Of a stretch of DNA of 64,000 nt, positions 9,628-18,524 are shown piece after piece. How positions within the stretch are numbered: the stretch's first letter is position 1; each line of letters opens with the position of its first letter. Origin of the DNA: Candidatus Sulfotelmatobacter sp. (GTDB lineage Bacteria > Chloroflexota > Limnocylindria > Limnocylindrales > CSP1-4); contig DASPUH010000133.1 of assembly GCA_035622975.1 (NCBI GenBank), forward strand, positions 966 to 64,965. Direction: 5' to 3'. The translations under genes were made by a program, and so were the position numbers. Under the pieces are notes generated by a model. It had not been told where the DNA came from. It was given only the letters and a program-made list of their open reading frames with translations, and made no database searches.

Positions 9628-9689
9628 GGTCTATGGTCCCACGCGGCGCCCCTCCGGATCGGGCGGTGGCGCCGGACAAGGTGCCCCGC

Positions 9690-9710
9690 CCGGCGTGACG
9701 CGTCACGCCT
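9690..9710. terminator. perfect GC-rich palindrome GGCGTGACGCGTCACGCC just 3' of the tRNA cluster
   Basis: 18-bp perfect inverted repeat about 15 nt downstream (minus sense) of the tRNA-Arg 3' end. No U-tract. Confidence 0.35.
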
Positions 9711-9722
9711 CAGGTCAGGGAG

Positions 9723-9798
9723 TGGCGCGCCCGGCGAGACTCGAACTCACGGCCTTTAGGTCCGCAACCTAACGCTCTATCCACTGAGCTACGGGCGC
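9723..9798 (-). tRNA. tRNA-Arg, anticodon read as GCG (unusual)
   Basis: Minus-strand 76-nt cloverleaf GCGCCCGTAGCTCAGTGGATAGAGCGTTAGGTTGCGGACCTAAAGGCCGTGAGTTCGAGTCTCGCCGGGCGCGCCA. Anticodon stem TTAGG/CCTAA, loop TTGCGGA. Backbone nearly identical to E. coli tRNA-Arg. Confidence 0.75.
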
Positions 9799-9827
9799 AC
9801 GCGTGTCGCGGAGGGGCCCGGAGGGAG

Positions 9828-9920
<93 letters not shown>

Positions 9921-10162
9921 CTGGGCCCGAACGCGCCGGGATGATAGCACGCGACCCTGGGCCGACCGATGCGACCGGGCCGCCGTCGCGGGGTGAACAG
10001 CAGGGGTTCGTAGCGAGGACGATCGACCGGATCGAGTCCGTTCTGAGGGCTCGCCGGGCGGTTCGTTCGACGGCTCGAACATGAGGAATTCATGGTGGCG
10101 AGGCACGGGCCACCGCGTCCTCGCAATGAACGGCTGATGTTCAAGGACGGCCGGCGGACGTG

Positions 10163-10230
10163 GGACGAGGACTGCCCGCGGCGCCCGAGGGGACGAGGAC
10201 TGCCCGCGGCGCCCGAGGGGACGAGGACGC
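10163..10230. repeat. 28-nt tandem direct repeat (about 2.3 copies) GGACGAGGACTGCCCGCGGCGCCCGAGG
   Basis: GGACGAGGAC recurs at 10163, 10191 and 10219 (period 28) in the untranslated region upstream of the aro leader. Confidence 0.7.
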
Positions 10231-10319
10231 CACGCGAGACGCCCCGCGGGACCCGCGGCGGGACGCTCGAGGCGCCGCTGATTGACGCCCGGGCCACGCT
10301 CGATTACCGTTCGGGAGCC

Positions 10320-10358
10320 ATGCTCCGCACCTGGTACTTTCTCGGCCCGGCACGCTAG
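10320..10358 (+). CDS. putative aro-operon leader peptide MLRTWYFLGPAR (consecutive Trp-Tyr-Phe codons)
   Basis: ATG 10320, TGG-TAC-TTT at 10332-10340, TAG at 10356-10358. SD-like GGGAG 2 nt upstream (short spacer). A TTGACG-N17-TACCGT promoter-like pair at 10284-10312 would make the transcript nearly leaderless. It is the C-terminal part of a longer, unlikely 88-aa ORF (10092..10358). Confidence 0.5.
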   Translation: MLRTWYFLGPAR

Positions 10359-10423
10359 ACCGCGGGTGACCCGCGGGGACGGGTCGTGTCGGGCGAGCAG
10401 AGGTCTCGGACCTCTGCTTTTTT
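10359..10423 (+). promoter_or_regulatory. transcription attenuator for the aro operon: hairpin CCGCGGG-TGA-CCCGCGG then intrinsic terminator GCAGAGGTC-TCG-GACCTCTGC followed by TTTTTT
   Basis: 7-bp/3-nt-loop hairpin at 10360-10376 immediately after the leader stop. 9-bp/3-nt-loop hairpin at 10397-10417 followed by six T (10418-10423). This lies 65 nt upstream of the DAHP synthase start. A U-run terminator is conspicuous in a 70% GC genome. Confidence 0.6.
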
Positions 10424-10487
10424 GTTCCCCGGACGCTGGAAGGCCACCCGGGATCGGATCGCATCACCTGACGCCAAGGGGCGAGCG

Positions 10488-11567
10488 ATGTTCATCGTCA
10501 TGTCGACGCACGCGACGACCGAAGAGATCAACACCGTGAAGAGCCTCATCCTGGCCGAGGGGATGCAGCCGCATGAGAGCGTCGGCTCGGAGCGGGTCGT
10601 GATCGCCCTCGTAGGCGATGACATCGGGGCGCAGCGCGATCGGCTGGTGAGTCGCTTCTCGCAGCTGCCGGGGGTGGAGACGGTCACGCCCATCACGCGG
10701 CCCTTCAAGCTCGCCAGCCGCGAGTTCCACGCCGACGACACGGTCATCCGCGTGGGCCCGGCCACGATCGGCGACGGCTCGCTGACGGTCATGGCCGGCC
10801 CGTGCTCGGTGGAGAGCCGCGAGGTCGCCCTGGAGACGGCCGCGGCGGTCAAGGCCGCCGGCGCGACGATCCTGCGAGGCGGGGCGTTCAAGCCGCGCAC
10901 CAGCCCGTACTCCTTCCAGGGCCTGGGCGTGGAGGCCCTGCGCTACCTGGCGGAAGCGCGGGAGGCGACCGGGCTGCCGGTCATCACCGAGGTCATGGAG
11001 CCGAGCCAGGTGGAGGTCGTCAACCGCTACGCCGACATCCTCCAGATCGGCACGCGCAGCATGCAGAACTACTCGCTCCTCACGGCGGTCGGGCGAGTCG
11101 CCAAGCCGGTCATGCTCAAGCGTGGTTTCGGCGCGACGATCGAGGAATGGCTGATGTCGGCCGAGTACATCATCAGCAGCGGCAACCCCAACGTCATCCT
11201 CTGCGAACGCGGCATCCGCACCTTCGAGACCTACACGCGCAACACGATGGACATCACGGCCGTGCCGCTGCTGCACCACCTGACCCACCTGCCCGTCATC
11301 GTCGACCCGTCCCACGCCACGGGCAAGAGCTGGCTGGTCAAGCCGCTGGCGATCGCCGGCGTGGCCATCGGGGCGGACGGCGTCATGGTGGAGGTCCACC
11401 CTCGGCCGGAGGAGGCGCTCTCGGACGGTGAGCAGTCGCTCACCTTCGACGGCTTCCACGACCTGATGGCCGCGATCGTCCCGCTCCACGAGCAGATCAG
11501 CCGCCTGCCCCGCGACCCGCTCCTGTCAGGCGCCGCGCTCGCCGTGGGCAGCGCGTCCAAGCACTGA
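10488..11567 (+). CDS. 3-deoxy-7-phosphoheptulonate (DAHP) synthase, type I-beta, with N-terminal ferredoxin-like regulatory domain
   Basis: 359 aa from ATG 10488 ([20 protein letters not shown]...). Catalytic core [19 protein letters not shown]...IVDPSHATG matches KDO8P/DAHP synthase I-beta, with an N-terminal ACT-like extension as in Thermotoga-type DAHPS. Confidence 0.85.
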   Translation: MFIVMSTHATTEEINTVKSLILAEGMQPHESVGSERVVIALVGDDIGAQRDRLVSRFSQLPGVETVTPITRPFKLASREFHADDTVIRVGPATIGDGSLTVMAGPCSVESREVALETAAAVKAAGATILRGGAFKPRTSPYSFQGLGVEALRYLAEAREATGLPVITEVMEPSQVEVVNRYADILQIGTRSMQNYSLLTAVGRVAKPVMLKRGFGATIEEWLMSAEYIISSGNPNVILCERGIRTFETYTRNTMDITAVPLLHHLTHLPVIVDPSHATGKSWLVKPLAIAGVAIGADGVMVEVHPRPEEALSDGEQSLTFDGFHDLMAAIVPLHEQISRLPRDPLLSGAALAVGSASKH

Positions 11568-11580
11568 ACAGCACCGCCCC

Positions 11581-12942
11581 ATGAGTGCGACCACGACCCA
11601 TCCGGCCGACCTGGCCCTCGTGCCCCAGGCGACCCGCCTGCGTGGCCGGCTGCGCATGCCGCCCGACAAGTCGATCACCCACCGCGCCCTGCTCCTGGCC
11701 GCCATGGCGACGGGGGCCTCACGGATCGCCGACGCCTCCGGCGCCCTGGATCCACGCAGCACCGCGGCATGCCTCCAGGCCCTGGGCGTGCGCCTCGAGC
11801 CCACCCATCGGGGCGCAGGCGCGGTCGACTGGCGGGTCGAGTCGCCCGGCTGGTCGGCGTGGCAGGCCCCTCGCCAGCCGCTCGACTGCGGCAACTCCGG
11901 CACCACGATGCGCCTCCTCGCGGGCCTGCTGGCAGGCACGAACCTGGACGCGACGCTCGACGGCGACGCGTCGCTGCGCGGCCGGTCGATGCGACGCGTC
12001 GTGGAGCCGCTGCGCGCCATGGGGGCCACGATCGGCGCCGGCGGCGACACGGCCCTCCCCCCGCTACGGGTCGCAGGTCGGGCACCCCTCCGGCCGATCG
12101 TGTGGACGACCGAGGTGCCCAGCGCCCAGGTCAAGTCGGCGATCCTGCTGGCCGGCCTGGCCGCCGACGGCGTGACGTCGGTGACGGAGGCGACGGCCAC
12201 CCGGGACCACACCGAGCGGATGCTCCGCGCCCGCGGGGTCCAGATCCGGACGGCCACCGTCGGGGACGGCGCCCAGCGGGTCTCGGTCGCCGGCGGCCAG
12301 GCCGTCGGGACCCTGGACGAGACGATCCCCGGCGACATCTCCGCGGCCGCCTTCTGGCTGGTGGCCGGAGCCGTCCACCCGGACGCCGAACTGGTCCTCG
12401 AGGGCGTCGGCATCAACCCGACCCGGCGGGCCGTCATCGACCTGCTCCGAATGATGGGGGCGTCGATCGCGGAGCACCCGGCGGGCGGCGCCGATCTCGG
12501 CGAACCGACGGCCACGCTGACCGTGCGGAGCAGCGAGCTGGAGGCGCGGGACCTCTCGGCGGCCGACGTGGCTCGCTGCATCGACGAGATCCCGGTGCTC
12601 GCCCTCGCCGCCGCCTGCGCACGCGGCCGCTCCCGATTCAGCGGCGCGGGCGAACTGCGCCACAAGGAGAGCGATCGGCTCGTCGGCATCATGAAGGGGC
12701 TGTGTGCCCTGGGGGCCGACGTGACCCTGGACGGCGACGACCTGATCGTGCAGGGCGGCGCCGGACGGACGGCCTTCGGGCTCCGCGGTGCCGCGGTGCA
12801 GAGCCTCACCGACCACCGCCTCGCCATGACGTTCGCGGTCACGGGCCTGGTCGCCTCGGGTACCACGGCCATCGACGCCGCGTCGAGCGCGGCGATCTCA
12901 TATCCCGGTTTCTTCTCCGACCTGGAAAGGGTGCGCGCATGA
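11581..12942 (+). CDS. aroA: 3-phosphoshikimate 1-carboxyvinyltransferase (EPSP synthase)
   Basis: 453 aa. LDCGNSGTTMRLLAGL, ...RHKESDRL..., two-domain EPSPS fold motifs. Confidence 0.9.
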   Translation: MSATTTHPADLALVPQATRLRGRLRMPPDKSITHRALLLAAMATGASRIADASGALDPRSTAACLQALGVRLEPTHRGAGAVDWRVESPGWSAWQAPRQPLDCGNSGTTMRLLAGLLAGTNLDATLDGDASLRGRSMRRVVEPLRAMGATIGAGGDTALPPLRVAGRAPLRPIVWTTEVPSAQVKSAILLAGLAADGVTSVTEATATRDHTERMLRARGVQIRTATVGDGAQRVSVAGGQAVGTLDETIPGDISAAAFWLVAGAVHPDAELVLEGVGINPTRRAVIDLLRMMGASIAEHPAGGADLGEPTATLTVRSSELEARDLSAADVARCIDEIPVLALAAACARGRSRFSGAGELRHKESDRLVGIMKGLCALGADVTLDGDDLIVQGGAGRTAFGLRGAAVQSLTDHRLAMTFAVTGLVASGTTAIDAASSAAISYPGFFSDLERVRA

Positions 12943-13793
12943 GCAAGCGAGTCGTCCTCATCGGCCACCCCGTCGCTCACTCCATGTCCGCGACGATGCA
13001 GCAGGCCGCGTTCGACGCGGCAGGCCTGGACGTGCAGTACGAGCTGCTCGATCGCACGCCGCTGCAACTGGCCGCCACGGTGGAGGAGCTGCGCGACGAG
13101 GCGTACCTGGGCGCCAACGTCACGATCCCCCACAAGGAGCGCGTCGCCCCGCTCATGGATCGCGTGGCCGACGAGGCTCAGGCGACGGGCGCGGTCAACA
13201 CCGTGACCCGGGAGGGCAAGCGGCTCATCGGCCACAACACGGATGTGGGCGCCTTCCGCGTCGCGCTGGACTCGCTGGTAGGCCGCCAGAAGATGCCCCG
13301 CACGGCGGTCGTGCTGGGCGCCGGGGGCGGCGCCCGGGCGGTCGTCCACGGTCTCATCACCGAGGGCTTCCAGCGCATCATCGTCTTCAACCGCCACCTT
13401 CACCGGGCGGAGAACCTGGTCCGCTTCTTCGGCCGCAGCGCGGCCCACATGGAGCTCAAGGCGATGCCCTGGCACGAGTCGGTCATCGAGGCCGAGCTGG
13501 CCAAGGCCAAGGTGCTGGTCAACGCCTCCGCCGTCGGCCTGGGCACCGACGTCTCGCCCATCCCGGCCGAGCTGCTGCCGCCGGAGATGCTGGTCCTTGA
13601 CCTCATCTACACGCCGCGCGAGACCCGCCTGCTGCGCGACGCCAAGGCCGCAGGAGCCGCCGCGACGATGAACGGCGAGCTGATGCTGCTGCACCAGGGC
13701 GCGGCCGCCTTCCGGCTGTGGACGGGGCAGGAACCGCCCCTGGACCTGATGCGCGAGCGGCTGGACGAGGCCGAGCGCTCAACGGCCGCATGA
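12939..13793 (+). CDS. aroE: shikimate dehydrogenase
   Basis: 284 aa. IGHPVAHSMSATMQQAAF, NVTIPHK, GAGGGARAV Rossmann. ATGA overlap with the aroA stop. Confidence 0.88.
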   Translation: MSKRVVLIGHPVAHSMSATMQQAAFDAAGLDVQYELLDRTPLQLAATVEELRDEAYLGANVTIPHKERVAPLMDRVADEAQATGAVNTVTREGKRLIGHNTDVGAFRVALDSLVGRQKMPRTAVVLGAGGGARAVVHGLITEGFQRIIVFNRHLHRAENLVRFFGRSAAHMELKAMPWHESVIEAELAKAKVLVNASAVGLGTDVSPIPAELLPPEMLVLDLIYTPRETRLLRDAKAAGAAATMNGELMLLHQGAAAFRLWTGQEPPLDLMRERLDEAERSTAA

Positions 13794-15043
13794 CCTTCCG
13801 CTTCCTGACCGCGGGGGAGTCGCACGGCCAGGCGCTGGGGGTGATCCTGGAGGGCCTGCCGGCGGGGGTGCCCCTCGGCGCGGACGCGATCGCGGCCGAC
13901 CTGGCCCGCCGCCAGCGCGGCCATGGCCGCGGCGCCCGCATGACGATCGAGCAGGATCGCGCCAGGATCCTCTCCGGCGTTCGGCACGGCCGGACGCTGG
14001 GCTCGCCGATCCTCCTGGAGGTGGCCAACCGCGACTGGGCCGACTGGACGCACGTCATGCAGGTCGAGCGCCTGAGCGACGAGGAGGCCGCCGAGCTCGC
14101 GGCGCTGGCCGCCGGCGGCGACAAACGGGCGCGGCCCGTGACGCGGATCCGGCCCGGCCATGCCGACCTGGCCGGCGCCGTGAAGTACGACTTCGACGAC
14201 GTGCGCGACGTGCTGGAGCGCGCCTCCGCGCGTGAGACGACGATGCGCGTCGCGGCGGGCGCCGTCTGCCGAGCTTTCCTGGCCCAGCTGGGTATCGACG
14301 TCTGGAGCTACACCGTCTCGGTGGGTGACGTGACCGCCGACCCGGCGGCACCCACGCGCGCTCGCGAGGAGGCCGAGGCGAGCCCGCTGCGCTGCCTGGA
14401 CGCCGCCGCGGAGGACCGCATGGTGGCCGCCATCGACGAGGCGCGGTCCGCCGGTGACACGCTGGGCGGGGTGTTCGAGGTGGTGGCCACGGGCGTACCG
14501 CTTGGCCTGGGCAGCCACGTGCAATGGGACCGCCGGCTCGACGGAGCGCTGGCCCAGGCCATCGTGTCCATCAACGCCGTCAAGGGCGTGGAGTTCGGCC
14601 TGGGCTTCGAGCAGACCCGGCGTCGTGGCTCGGCCGTGCACGACGTCATCACCGGTCGGAAGGATGGCCGCTGGCACCACGGCAGCAACAATGCCGGGGG
14701 TCTCACGGGCGGCATCAGCAACGGCGAGCCGATCGTGGTGCGAGGTGCGGTCAAACCGATCTCCACGCTGGCCCGTCCCCTCCCCTCCGCCGACCTGCTG
14801 ACCGGCCTGCCGGTCGACGTGGCCCACTACGAGCGCAGCGACATCAGCGTGGTGCCGGCGGCCGGCGTCATCGGCGAGGCGATGGTGCTGCTCACCCTGA
14901 CCCGCTTCCTGCTGGAGAAGACCGGCGGCGACTCGCTGGCCGAGGTGCGGGACAACCTGGCGCGCTTCCAGGCCCGCGCGGCTACCGCCATGGCATCCGT
15001 ACCCGGTGCCGAACCCGAGGCCGGCTCGGGCGGCGACGACTGA
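13790..15043 (+). CDS. aroC: chorismate synthase
   Basis: 417 aa from ATG 13790 (MTFRFLTAGESHGQALGVILEGLPAG...). Conserved GESHG and RSDISVVPAAGVIGEAM. ATGA overlap with the aroE stop. Confidence 0.9.
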   Translation: MTFRFLTAGESHGQALGVILEGLPAGVPLGADAIAADLARRQRGHGRGARMTIEQDRARILSGVRHGRTLGSPILLEVANRDWADWTHVMQVERLSDEEAAELAALAAGGDKRARPVTRIRPGHADLAGAVKYDFDDVRDVLERASARETTMRVAAGAVCRAFLAQLGIDVWSYTVSVGDVTADPAAPTRAREEAEASPLRCLDAAAEDRMVAAIDEARSAGDTLGGVFEVVATGVPLGLGSHVQWDRRLDGALAQAIVSINAVKGVEFGLGFEQTRRRGSAVHDVITGRKDGRWHHGSNNAGGLTGGISNGEPIVVRGAVKPISTLARPLPSADLLTGLPVDVAHYERSDISVVPAAGVIGEAMVLLTLTRFLLEKTGGDSLAEVRDNLARFQARAATAMASVPGAEPEAGSGGDD

Positions 15044-15052
15044 GGCGCGGCT

Positions 15053-16675
15053 GTGGAGCTGGTCCTCATCGGCCTGCCCGGCAGCGGCAAGAGCGCCGTC
15101 GGGCGCCGCATCGCCCACGCTCATCACGCCGAGTTCGTGGACCTGGACGCGGCGATCGAAGCACGCGCCGGGGCGCCGCCGGCGGCCATCTTCGAACGCG
15201 AGGGCGAGGCGGCCTTCCGGGTCCATGAGGCAGCGGCGATCGACGCCCTGGGAGAGCCCGACCGCAGCCACCCGCTGAGGCGGGTCGTCGCCACGGGCGG
15301 CGGGGCGGTCGTCGCGCCGCGCAACCGGTGGCGGCTGTTCCGCGACCGCCGCGTGGTGTGGCTCGATGCCGCCGATGGGGTCCTGGCCCGCCGGCTGGAG
15401 CGAAGTGCCACCCCGCGGCCGCTCCTCGTGGGCCGCGATCCGGTCCGCGCCCTGGAGGCGTTGCGGGCGGCGCGCCTGCGCTTCTACGCGGCGGCGCCCC
15501 GGGTCGACGCGACGGGCCGCCCGGACGAGGTCGCGCCACGCGTCGAGCGATCGCTGCGAGGCGGCGCGCCGGCCCTCACCCTGCTCGACGCGCACACCCG
15601 CGTCGGCGAGCTCGTCCTGGGCCTGGACATGGCCGGGGGCACCGTGGCCCGCGTGCTGGACGACCTGCGCGCCACGCGTGTCGCGGTCGTGTCGGAGCCC
15701 GCCGCGTGGCGCCTCCACGGGGAGCGGCTGACGGTGAGCCTGGCGGCGCCCGGTCGCCTCGTCGAACCGCTGCTGCTGCCGCGGGGCGAGCGGGCCAAGT
15801 CGTTCGCCGCCCTGGAACGCGCCGTGCGCGAACTCGCCCGGCGGCAGCACGAACGCGGCGACCCCCTGGTCACCATCGGCGGCGGAGCGGTCGGCGACAC
15901 CGGCGGCCTGGTGGCGGCGCTGTACGCGCGCGGTGTGCCCTTCATCCAGGTGCCGACGACCCTGCTCGGCCAGATCGACTCGTCCATCGGGGGCAAGACG
16001 GCCATCGACATCCCCGAGGGCAAGAACCTCGTGGGGGCCTTCCACCAGCCAAGAGCCATCGTGCTCGACGTGGGTCTGCTGGCCACGCTGCCACCGCGTC
16101 AGCGACGCGCCGCCCTGGGCGAGGCGGTCAAGATGGCCGCCCTGGGCGACGAGGCGCTCTTCGACCTGCTCGAGCGTGAGGGCCGCGCGCTCGCCGCGGG
16201 CAGCCCGGCGGCCGTGGCGTCGGGCGCGCTTGCCGAGCTCGTGGAGCGCTGCGCGTGGGCCAAGGTGGAGGTCGTGCTGGCCGACGAACGCGAGGCCGAC
16301 CGGCGGATGGCCCTGAACCTGGGCCACTCGATCGGCCACGCCCTGGAAAGCGCCAACGGTTACCACGGCCTCCTGCACGGCGAGGCGGTGGCGCTCGGGC
16401 TGCGCGGGGCGGTGGCCGTGGGCCTGGCCCTCGGCGTGACACCGGCGGCCCGCGGCCGGCGCATCGTCGCCCTGCTGGACCACCTGGGCCTCGGCATGGC
16501 CGCGCCGGCGGTCCCCGCCGAGGAGGTGCGCGTCCGCCTCGCCAGGGATAAGAAGGTCGCCGGCGGACGTCTGCGCTGGGTGCTGCCGACGGCCACCGGG
16601 ATCGCGGTCCGAGCCGACGTACCGGACGGAGCCGTGGACGCGGGACTCGCGGCGGCCCTGCGGGGCGCGGCCTGA
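15053..16675 (+). CDS. aroKB: bifunctional shikimate kinase / 3-dehydroquinate synthase (AroK-AroB fusion)
   Basis: 540 aa, GTG start. N-terminal P-loop LIGLPGSGKSAVGRRIA (shikimate kinase, about 170 aa). C-terminal DHQ synthase core (GGGAVGDTGGLVAALYARGVPFIQVPTTLLGQIDSSIGGKTAID...HGEAVALG). Confidence 0.85.
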   Translation: MELVLIGLPGSGKSAVGRRIAHAHHAEFVDLDAAIEARAGAPPAAIFEREGEAAFRVHEAAAIDALGEPDRSHPLRRVVATGGGAVVAPRNRWRLFRDRRVVWLDAADGVLARRLERSATPRPLLVGRDPVRALEALRAARLRFYAAAPRVDATGRPDEVAPRVERSLRGGAPALTLLDAHTRVGELVLGLDMAGGTVARVLDDLRATRVAVVSEPAAWRLHGERLTVSLAAPGRLVEPLLLPRGERAKSFAALERAVRELARRQHERGDPLVTIGGGAVGDTGGLVAALYARGVPFIQVPTTLLGQIDSSIGGKTAIDIPEGKNLVGAFHQPRAIVLDVGLLATLPPRQRRAALGEAVKMAALGDEALFDLLEREGRALAAGSPAAVASGALAELVERCAWAKVEVVLADEREADRRMALNLGHSIGHALESANGYHGLLHGEAVALGLRGAVAVGLALGVTPAARGRRIVALLDHLGLGMAAPAVPAEEVRVRLARDKKVAGGRLRWVLPTATGIAVRADVPDGAVDAGLAAALRGAA

Positions 16676-17100
16676 TGCGCGTCCTCGTCCTCGACGGCCC
16701 CAACCTGGACCTGCTTGGCGAGCGGGAGCCGGAGATCTATGGCCACGACACGCTGGCCGCGATCCACCAGCGGACGCGCGCCCATGCCGACGAGCTGGGC
16801 CTCCAGGTGGACTTCTTCCAGTCGAACCACGAGGGCGCCCTGATCGACCGCCTGCACCTCAGGGATTTTGACGCGGCCGTCGTCAACGCCGGTGGCCTGA
16901 CCCACACCTCCGTCGCGCTGCGTGACGCCCTGCTGGGCGTGGCGCGCCCCTTCGTGGAGGTCCACCTGACGGACCCGGCCACGCGCGAGGCCTTCCGGCG
17001 CATCAACTTCCTGCAGGACATCGCCGTTGCGTCGATCGTCGGCCACGGGCCGCGCGGCTACCTGGAGGCGCTGGACCTGCTCGCGGCACGGGCCGCCTGA
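16675..17100 (+). CDS. aroQ: type II 3-dehydroquinate dehydratase
   Basis: 141 aa, VLDGPNLDLLGEREPEIYG...FQSNHEGALID...NAGGLTHTSVALRDA. TGATG overlap with aroKB. Confidence 0.9.
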   Translation: MRVLVLDGPNLDLLGEREPEIYGHDTLAAIHQRTRAHADELGLQVDFFQSNHEGALIDRLHLRDFDAAVVNAGGLTHTSVALRDALLGVARPFVEVHLTDPATREAFRRINFLQDIAVASIVGHGPRGYLEALDLLAARAA

Positions 17101-17441
17101 TGCCGCGCGTCCGGCCCGGCGAGACGATCGAGATGCGCCGCGTGCGCCGCCGCATCGACGCGCTCGACCGGCGCATCGTGGAGCTGCTCAACGAACGTGC
17201 CCGCCTGGGGATGGCCATGGGCGAAGCGAAGGCCGAAGCCGGCAAGGCCGTCACGGACCCGGAGCGCGAGCGCGAGGTGCTGCTCCGCGTGGCCACCACC
17301 AACGACGGCCCGCTCCTGCAGGCCGACCTCATCGCCGTCTACCGCCGCATCATCGCCGCCACGCGACACCTGGAACGCAGCGCGCGCGGCCGGGGTCGCG
17401 GGCCGGCCCGGGACCGCGACGACGCCGACCCGGAACCCTGA
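17100..17441 (+). CDS. chorismate mutase (AroQ-class, monofunctional)
   Basis: 113 aa. R..ID.LDRRIVELLNERARL....K and REREVL helical chorismate-mutase signature. 1-nt overlap with the aroQ stop. Confidence 0.75.
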   Translation: MPRVRPGETIEMRRVRRRIDALDRRIVELLNERARLGMAMGEAKAEAGKAVTDPEREREVLLRVATTNDGPLLQADLIAVYRRIIAATRHLERSARGRGRGPARDRDDADPEP

Positions 17442-17447
17442 CCGGAC

Positions 17448-18524
17448 ATGATCGAACGGCTGGCCGACCGGGCCCTCAACCGCACGGTCGGCCGGCCCCT
17501 GCCACCGGTACGCGAGGACGTCGCCGCCTTCCACGCGTCCATCCCGGTGGTCGACCTGCTGGTGGGCACCCTCCTCTTCCGCCGCGCGGTCGACCGACGC
17601 CTGCAGCACGGCCATGTCGACCTGCCACGGGCGCGCGAGGGTGGCCTGGACCTGGCCGGGTTCACCATCGCGACGCGGTTCCCGGACGAGCGAGGGGTCC
17701 TCTCCGCACCGCATTTCGCCACGCTAGGCCTCGCTCCGTGGCGGGGCTCGCCGATCGAGCTGGTGGAGGCGCTGGTCCACCGGCTCGAGGGCTGGGCGGC
17801 CGGGTCGGGCGGCCGGTTCGTGCTGGCTCGCGCGGCGGCCGACCTCGGGGCGGTCGGCCGGGATGGGGCGCTGCGCGCGTTCATCGGCGTGCAGGGCGGC
17901 CAGGCGGTCGGCGGCGACCTGCGCAACGTGGCCCGCCTCCGGGCGCTGGGCGTGCGCATGCTGGGCCTCGCCCACATCATGGACTCGGCGCTGGCCGGCT
18001 CCGGCTCCGGCCGGGACGCAGGCGGCCTCACGGGCTTCGGCCGCGAGGCGGTCGCCGAGTGCGAGGCCCAGGGCATCCTCGTCGACCTGGCCCACGCTTC
18101 GCCGGCCACGATCCGTGACGCCGTGCCGCTCCTGAGCCGGCCGTTCCTCGTCAGCCACACCGGGTTCACGGCGCTGGCCGGTGGCCGCAGCGGGTGGCGC
18201 CGCTACAGCCCGGCCACGCGGAACATCGCGGACGCGGAGGCGCACCTCGTGGCGGAGGCCGGCGGGCTCATCGGCGTGACGCTCGCGGCTCCCCTGATCG
18301 GCGGGGCGACGGTGGAGGCGGTGGTGCGAAGCTTCGAGCACGCCCTGGAGCTGGCCGGCCCTGCCCAGGTGGCGCTGGGCTCCGACTTCGACGGCGCCCT
18401 GACCATGCCATTCGACGTGCGCGGGCTGCCCTCGCTGACGCAGGGCCTCCTGGACGCGGGGCTGGGCCCCGACGTGGTAGCCGCCGTGATGGGCGGCAAC
18501 GCCCTACGGGTGCTGCGCGCCTGA
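17448..18524 (+). CDS. membrane dipeptidase, peptidase family M19
   Basis: 358 aa. HGHVDLPRAREGGLDLAGF, GVRMLGLAHIMDSALAGS, LVDLAHASPATIRDAV, LVSHTG, ALGSDFDG match the renal-dipeptidase family pattern. Last gene in line with the aro operon (7-nt gap). Confidence 0.7.
   Translation: MIERLADRALNRTVGRPLPPVREDVAAFHASIPVVDLLVGTLLFRRAVDRRLQHGHVDLPRAREGGLDLAGFTIATRFPDERGVLSAPHFATLGLAPWRGSPIELVEALVHRLEGWAAGSGGRFVLARAAADLGAVGRDGALRAFIGVQGGQAVGGDLRNVARLRALGVRMLGLAHIMDSALAGSGSGRDAGGLTGFGREAVAECEAQGILVDLAHASPATIRDAVPLLSRPFLVSHTGFTALAGGRSGWRRYSPATRNIADAEAHLVAEAGGLIGVTLAAPLIGGATVEAVVRSFEHALELAGPAQVALGSDFDGALTMPFDVRGLPSLTQGLLDAGLGPDVVAAVMGGNALRVLRA

Noticed and set aside
10092-10319. Upstream 76 codons of the 88-aa ORF containing the WYF peptide
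   Set aside because: No plausible start or SD at 10092, and the repetitive R/P/G-rich sequence covers the 28-nt tandem repeat. Only the terminal 12-codon ORF from ATG 10320 is proposed as a leader peptide.
11526-13694. 722-aa minus-strand ORF and the 674-aa plus-strand ORF 11769..13793
   Set aside because: Antisense or off-frame relative to aroA/aroE. Only the C-terminal 284 aa of 11769..13793 (from ATG 12939) is a real gene (aroE). The rest is a frame running through aroA in a different phase.
13607-16483. 958-aa ORF on the minus strand
   Set aside because: Antisense to aroC and aroKB. Arg/Gly/Ala/Pro-rich composition typical of high-GC off-frame translation. No recognisable domain, and the sense strand encodes well-conserved enzymes.
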